Source: Eledone cirrhosa | Lineage: Eukaryota | DNA length: 64,000 nucleotides | Reading direction: 5' to 3' | Assembly (NCBI GenBank): GCA_964016885.1 | Contig: OZ024741.1 | Location: 40,114,001-40,178,000 of the forward strand | Part shown: positions 55,270 to 64,000 of the stretch, piece by piece | Layout of the letters: the number at the start of each line of letters is the position of its first letter | Numbering within the stretch: position 1 is the first letter of the stretch | Translations under genes and position numbers: made by a program | The notes under the pieces: generated by a model | The model's database searches: none | What the model saw: the letters and a program-made list of their open reading frames with translations, nothing else | What the model was told of the DNA's origin: nothing

Positions 55270-56580
55270 AGATGCTTGATGCGTCTGGGATATTACTCTC
55301 TTCAGAGAAGTCCATCCTAACTAGGTGGAGAGACTATTTTGCTAATCTCCTAAACCAGGTACTAACAGGATCTTCCGATGTACTTGAAATGCATCTGGGG
55401 GCGATGATTAATCTCTATGCGGCTGAGGTAACAAATGTAATTAAAGTGTTCAATGTGACAAGTCCGCTGGGGGGGGGGGGGGGTGTAAAGCGGCCCGAGA
55501 TGTTAAAAGCCTTAAATAGAGAAGGTATTCTCTGGCTGAGTCATGTATGCCTCGTGTATGAAATTCACCCAAGCAAAGGCAATCGGCAGTGATAATCCCA
55601 GTTATCAAAAAGGGAGACAAGAGAGATTACTCCAAATATAGAGTAATCTCCTTAAGTCTCCCCTTTAAAGCCTATGCTATGTGTATGCCAAAGAGATGTA
55701 GGGAGACTGTCGTGTCCATGCTAACTGATAAACAGTGTGGTTTTCGCCCCCGACGTAGCACAGCCGACCAAATATTCACACTGGGGCATGCCCTTGAGAT
55801 AATGTGAGGGCACTGCTGAGAGGTGTATACTTGCTTCGTAGATCTCGAAAAGGCATACGACCACGTCCCACGGGATATACTGTTGAAGGTTCTGCATGAG
55901 TATAAGATCGATGGACAGCTTCTTGTTTCCCTGGTGTCTCTCGAGGAATCCATTATTATTTGGTTTTGGATAAATGGTGTTAAATCGAAACCATTTAATG
56001 TGGGAATCGGACTTCGCCAACGGTGCGCACTGTCACCTCTCCTGTTCATTTTCGTCATGAACTGGATTGACATACACAACTGGTTTGGAAGTGGTATCAC
56101 GACTGGTGGTTGTAGGTTCAATCGGCTGGAATATACAGGTGACATGGTATCATTTAACTCGTCAGATGATCTTCGGCATGCTCTTGACAGGTTTGATGGC
56201 GAATGCTTAGCGGCAGGAATGAAAATCTGTACTGCGAAGACTGAGACACTCGTCCTCCCAAGAAAGCCTGCACACTCGACATGTGAGTGGTGAAGAAGTT
56301 GAAGAAATTCAAGCATCTCGGGGCCGTGTTTTAGAGGGATGAAAGGCAAAAGGCTGAATTAAGTGCAAGGATTGCTGGAGTTGGTGCAGTAATACACCAG
56401 CTGTAGCCTTCGGTCAAAAGGTGTAAAAGCCAAATTGGCTATGTTCAATTTGGTATTTGTGTCAACCCTTACATAAGGTCAAGAATCTTAGATAATAACC
56501 GAAAGAATACGATCAAGAAAACAAGGAGCTGAAATGGGATTCCTCTGAAGGCTCTTTGGAGTAACGTTTTTCGATAGAGA
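55270..56580 (+). pseudogene. Decayed RTE-clade (Rex3/Expander-like) reverse transcriptase
   Basis: RWRDYFANLLN, IIPVIKKGD...YRVISL, QCGFRPRRSTADQIFTL, FVDLEKAYDHVPR, GLRQRCALSPLLF; YADD decayed to YTGD; several stops and frameshifts. Confidence 0.88.
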
Positions 56581-57185
56581 TTAGAGCCGTGAGCGCTACA
56601 TTATCTGCATATTGTGAAAAATATCCTATCATCATTGCCCAAATGATGTTGGCATCGTCTTTAAAATACACCGAAGGCTTGGGCGCCGTGATTTCCGCCC
56701 ACAGCAAAAATTAAACTCACATCTCATAACATTACGACACAATTATTTCACCTCAACTGGTCTCTCACTCTTTAACATCACACCAAAACACATAAAAACA
56801 GAATCAGATCCCATTAAAAATTTGAAATATATTTTGACAAATTCCTCCAACAAATTCCGAATAAATACCCTACTCCCGGATATATCGCCGATATAATAAC
56901 TCTCTCCTTGGGTGGACAATGGTGTACACTCATGGTTTGAAAGAGTTCGCCTGGTGGTGCTATTAAGTTAGACATTGTTAGGGTCAGTACTAGCCGAAAC
57001 CTATCAAATTTGTGTTATATTTTAAAATTCATATTTCATAAATATACTTTGTTGTTCTTGTTATTGTTTATTCTATGAGAAATATTGCAAGATACTATAA
57101 TTGAGTAATTGTGATGTGTGGTACTGGTATTTTATGGGCGTCTTTTAAATAGTTTCAGAAGAGTCTCTTGATGTAAGAATGTTGG

Positions 57186-57256
57186 ATAAACAGAAGGAAA
57201 TATTTTATTGTTTTACTCTATTTCCAAAATTTTGATTACGTGCAAAATATTAAACT

Positions 57257-57329
<73 letters not shown>

Positions 57330-57420
57330 CTTGTATATATATATATATACACACAAGTTTAATATTTTACACGTAATCAAAATTTGGGAAATAGAGTAGA
57401 ACAATGAAATATTTCCTTCT

Positions 57421-57426
<6 letters not shown>
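57186..57426. repeat. Imperfect ~75-bp inverted repeat enclosing a (TA)n spacer
   Basis: 57186-57260 is the reverse complement of 57353-57426 with a few mismatches. Confidence 0.85.
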
Positions 57427-58233
<807 letters not shown>

Positions 58234-58338
58234 ATCTCTCTTTTATATTCAATTATATTACATGGTCCAGAAAAACTTTTTCTTTGAGTTATTTAATTGT
58301 AAGAGACTATTTTGAGCTTCTAACTCAATATATACGTT

Positions 58339-58400
<62 letters not shown>

Positions 58401-58593
58401 CCAAAGATGTGGGTTCAACTCCCATGTACGGCAACACTCATCTTTTTCCATTTCTCCGAGGGTTGTAAACCCCACGATCAGGCTAGAAATTTCTTTACTC
58501 TAAAATACGGTGAAAGCTTATAATTTCTAATTTCTAACTCGCGCATCGTTTCAAAAACATACTTACATGTTTACGCTTATAATTTGCTTGTTT

Positions 58594-58668
<75 letters not shown>

Positions 58669-58751
58669 AACATATAAATACATGTATATATGTATGTGTG
58701 TATGTATATATGTATGTGTGTATGTATATATGCATGTATGTATGTATGTTG

Positions 58752-60551
58752 TGTCAGGTCGCTCTCGAGTGCTACAGGTAACATGTAACTCTGTACAACC
58801 TGTTTCATGGTCGGGTCGTCGGCGACTAAAGTGGTAACTCCACCAAGCTTGCTTGGCGAGAAGGGTGATATTTGGACACCCTGTATCATGAAATACAAGA
58901 TCCTGCAAAGAGCTAAGGAACTCAGCAGAGTCAACAGCCATCCAAATAGTACCTTTTTTTTCACCTGGGACTGAAAGGCCCCCAGTTGTTATCAAAACAC
59001 CTTTCTAGGAGAGGGAAACTCTGAAAAAGAAAACCTGCTCCTTTGGAAGCATCCGATGATGTTGACCAGTTCTCCTTTTCGGGTAGTATTTTCGATGCTC
59101 AGAGAATGGGATTGGTCGAGTGCAAGGCCTTTCCCCACTTAAAAAAACCTTCAAAGCACAGTCATTGCTTGTTCGTGTGGCTAGCCGTAACCTAAAAGTG
59201 CACCATTTGCTTTAATCTGACAAGCGATTGCAATACTCTTAGTAGAGTTTGCAGCCATCATGTATGTATGTATGTATTATGTCAGGTCACCAGTTGGTGC
59301 TACTGGTAACATGTATCCCAGTACAACCTGTCCCATGGTCGGGTCGTTGGCAACTAAACTGGCAACCCCACCAAGGTTTCTTGGTGAGGAGGGTGACTTT
59401 GGACATCCTGCAGGACTAAAAACAAAACCTGTCAAAGGGCAAAGGAGCTCTTAAGAGTCAATGGCCATCCAAAATCACCGGGAGAGATGACCCCTTAGCC
59501 TTTGTCAAGGCAGAATTCTAGAAGGAAAACTCTGATATAACACCTGCAACCCTGATGGTATCCAATGATGTTGACTTGTTTTTCTTTTTGGTAAATATCA
59601 TCTTGGTTAAGAGAGTGGGACTGGCTTTGTGCAGTGGCTTTGCTCACTATAAAAGCTCCACGCCACAGGCATTGCTTTATATCTGGAGATCTCTCTACAC
59701 TTGTCGTCACATGGTACCAAGCGCCCAACACTATGTGTCAATAATTGTCAAGTGTAGTGTGTGTACCAGAGTTTTCAAGTCGCATGCTGGACTAAAAAGC
59801 CACACTCGTTCAGCGCATCGGTAGGGATTCTTCTACATGGATATAAAGTAGTGGCCGTACTCGAAAACGAGTTGGCAGCCACCATGTATGTATGTATGTA
59901 TGAATGCATGTATGTTTGTATGTCGGGTCACTCTTGAGTGCTACTGGTAACATGTAACCCAGTACAACCTGTCGCATGGTCGGGTCGTTGGCGACTAAAC
60001 CGGCAACCCCACCAAGTTTACTTGGTGAGGAGGGTGATTTTGGACACCCTGCAGGACAAAAAACAAAACCTGTCAAAGGGCGGAAGAACACATAAGAGTC
60101 AATGGCCATCCAAAAGTGTGTAAATATGTATATACACATGTACATATGTATGTATATGTATATGTGTATATACATGGGTGCATGTGTATGTATATGCGCG
60201 GGGACATAGAAATAGTCGGGCTGGACACCCGATCGCGCGGTTAAACCACTGGGAGTGAAGGACTCCTAGCCTTTGTCACGGTATTCTTCTAGGAGAAGGC
60301 AACTCAGGAAACTGGGATAACTCCGATATAAAACCTGCGGCTCAGTAGTTACCGATGATGTTGATCTTTTCTTCTTTTCGGGTTATAGCTACTGTCGCTC
60401 AGAGAGTGGGATTGACTCAGTGCACAGTTTTTCCTCACTTTAAAATATATCTTCACGCACAGGAATTGCACGATAGAATTAATTAATTAATAATTATTAA
60501 TAATGGTATATTGTGCAATGGCTATACTCGATAATGAGGAGGCAACCATCA
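58752..60551 (+). mobile_element. Three head-to-tail non-autonomous RTE-derived elements (58752-59260, 59280-59884, 59921-60551)
   Basis: Each begins TGTC(A/G)GGTC...GTGCTAC.GGTAACATGTA and ends GCA(G/A)CCA(T/C)CA followed by (TGTA)n. Confidence 0.8.
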
Positions 60552-60777
60552 GTATGTATGTATGTATGTATGTATGCATGAATGCATGTATGTTTGTATG
60601 TATGTCTAAATCTAGTAATCTTCCGAGCAAAAATTGAGAATGAGAAAATCATGGAGAGATTGAAAAGAAAGAGAGATTTGGCAGAGAAGGTGGTAGATGA
60701 GGATAGAACTAAAGGAAACAGAATGAAAAGAGGGTTATTAATAGGAAGCATATAGATTTTATGTATGCATTCATGTA

Positions 60778-60832
<55 letters not shown>

Positions 60833-60972
60833 GTGTGTGTCTGTGTCTTGCCAGTAAAAAGTTTGTTTATCCGTGTGAGCTGGGATGCCACTTTTGTAAA
60901 AACAGGAGTAAGCAGAAGAAAGCTCTCTACATTCATGGTGTGTTGTTGCCATGGAGATTCGATTCAGAATAA

Positions 60973-61152
60973 TAATTGTTTCTACTTTTGGCACAAGGCC
61001 AGCAATTACCCAGTGCATTACTGGTACTTTATTTTATCGACCCCGTAAGGATGAAAGGCAAAGTTAACCTCGGCGGGATTTGAACTCAGACTGTAAAGGG
61101 ACGTAACTATGCTAGAAAGCATGGCGTCCAACCCTCTACCGATACTGCCAAT
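60973..61152 (-). mobile_element. SINE family B
   Basis: Nearly identical to 29448-29632. Confidence 0.85.
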
Positions 61153-61199
61153 AACATTAAGAAATATATAAACACAGAAACTTTTTTAATGCTATCCTC

Positions 61200-61419
<220 letters not shown>

Positions 61420-61742
61420 AGTAAATGAGTGAAGAATAACATGGATCGGCTGTACAGTAGGGTTTATTCCAAGTATTAACAAATGTTTCATTAGTCCGGT
61501 GTGTCTAAAAACTGCTGTTCGCAGTAAGTTACGGCACTCGGTTTTAAATATAATTGACACCCGACCAAATTTTCAAAATATTGATTCGCGTATATGATAC
61601 AGTACCGTGGAGCTGTCTTGAATCGGCCACCCGAACACGACAACTAAGTAAACTTCTTAAAGAATCAAACAAGGCCGAACGTTAAAACTATCCTCGATAC
61701 AGAGTACTCATTGCCTTAAACGATATCTCGTTAACGTGTATG

Positions 61743-61813
<71 letters not shown>

Positions 61814-62105
61814 AAAATGGCGTAGGCATTACAATACAATACAATACAATACAATAGGAGGGAACATAATAATAGTACCACTGATGATGTTGCAGATGTG
61901 CAACGAAAGACCTTTCATAGACTATATATATATATATTTATATCTGTATTTTTAACTGTTTCTCAATTAATGATAAACGTTGATTGCCAAATATATTAAC
62001 TATCGAGATATAAAAGATACAGAAGCGAAAACCTACCAAACAGTGAGTGTGTTATGTTATTATTTCTGGCAATATTATTACAACAATATGACCCTCCCCA
62101 AGTAT

Positions 62106-62163
<58 letters not shown>

Positions 62164-62576
62164 ACTGATATAAATCAAAATAAAATCATACTTTGTTTCA
62201 TAAAAGCACAGTGAAAATCTGATGCGAAAATATCATACTTCATATCCTACGATATGATTATGGAAACAAATAATATATATGACGATGTCGGTAAGTAAAC
62301 AAAACAGAAATTATTGCTTACATTATAAATATATTCTTGTTTATATTGTGGTTTAAAATCAAGAAAGAAAAACTATATATATCGGCGTTATTAGCTAAGC
62401 TTAACAACACATGCAAGTTCTTTTTTCACCTCGAACTCCCAATGGATAATATTTATTTCATAGCACTAACTGACATGCATAATGATGATAACAATTGTCT
62501 TAAATTTGCTGATTATCTGGTTTAATTATGGTAATTGATAAAGTGTTGTTTCTTTTTTTTTAACCACGATAGTGAA

Positions 62577-62817
62577 GGCGCGTGGATAGGGGATTGGATT
62601 CGCAATCGTGAGGTTGTGAGTTTGATCTCGGACCGGGTGATGCGATATGTCCTTGAGCAAGACACGTTGCTCATTCTGCCTGGAGTTGCGACAGACAGAT
62701 AGTATTAGTATTTGGAAAGACAAATGGAAACATAGTTTCCTCGGTCCGATTTGACGAGCTGCACCACACTCTTTAACCGAATGAGGTCTGCGACCTTGTC
62801 GATCGACGATCGATATA
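62577..62817 (+). mobile_element. SINE family A
   Basis: GGCGCGTGG head, TGTCCTTGAGCAAGACAC core, tail shared with the 26383 copy. Confidence 0.8.
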
Positions 62818-63183
62818 TATATATATGTGTGTGTGTGTGTGTATACATATCAGATAGGGTGTGGTAAAATACCAGGTGGACCATAACCCACCGGAGTACT
62901 CGACTTGGGGTAGTAGAATGGGCAGAAAGAAAAGATTCAGGACTCCGATGGCTGAGCTCCGACCGTTCTGACAGCTAGATCCATATGTATATATATATCT
63001 GACCATACCTCTAGATTGTAAGGGGGGGGTCAAAATGTGACCTCATCTTCAGTGTCATGAAATTGTATGCAACAATTTTGTTCCGTGTATGAGCTTAAAT
63101 AAATAATCTAATATATCAGCTCTCTTCCCTGATTCACCATTGTTTTCCTTTTTCTTTTTTCGCACCCACGGATATTTTCTAAA

Positions 63184-63291
<108 letters not shown>

Positions 63292-63550
63292 ATTAGGTGA
63301 GTAATTGTAGTTACTAACGGCGGCGCTGGCCGAAGCACTCGATACTGTTGCTGTGTCCATCTCATGTATATAAAACGAACACGGGGCATATGTCAACAGT
63401 TTGGAGGGGACCACACATGTAACCTCTCATATTTGAAGAAGTGGCTATTAAGAGTCGGGATCTGATGACAAGATAACACCGGAACTGATCGATATAGAAA
63501 CAAATTGTAACATGTAATAAAGTTTACAAAAAGCTGCAATTCTTATTGCT

Positions 63551-63960
<410 letters not shown>

Positions 63961-64000
63961 GTAGCTAGATAGATAGATATTTTCTACATATACACACATA

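Noticed and set aside
59300-59370. HDV-like ribozyme at the 5' end of family C elements
   Set aside because: CCAGT/ACTGG and CTAA are suggestive, but P1, P1.1 and L3 could not be fitted.
63455-63500. CTGATGA hammerhead candidate
   Set aside because: No stem II and no properly placed GAAA.

Overview
Eukaryotic, repeat-dominated DNA with no recognisable host gene. The huge (TA)n/(GT)n/(TATG)n fields, tRNA-derived SINEs and RTE/R4-type LINE relics suggest a cephalopod (octopus-like) genome; this is an inference. Bases 1-~24,010 are a giant 42-bp G/T-rich minisatellite with higher-order duplications, and a second, unrelated 42-bp minisatellite lies at ~30.3-32.0 kb. The rest holds two SINE families, a nearly full-length but inactivated R4/Dong-type RLE retrotransposon nested in the 3' UTR of an RTE LINE with three C-terminal C2H2 fingers, decayed RT fragments, bipartite non-autonomous RTE derivatives and several fold-back inversions. 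The best candidate for a novel system is an intact type I hammerhead ribozyme (27,579-27,669) inside a 332-bp unit with a terminal direct repeat (retrozyme-like). Other '1.x-mer' units and degenerate Penelope-type hammerhead cores accompany it, all in or next to (TA)n arrays. Nearly all long ORFs in the supplied track are repeat artefacts. One open question is whether the minus-strand Thr/Asn frame of the giant minisatellite is a mucin-like exon.
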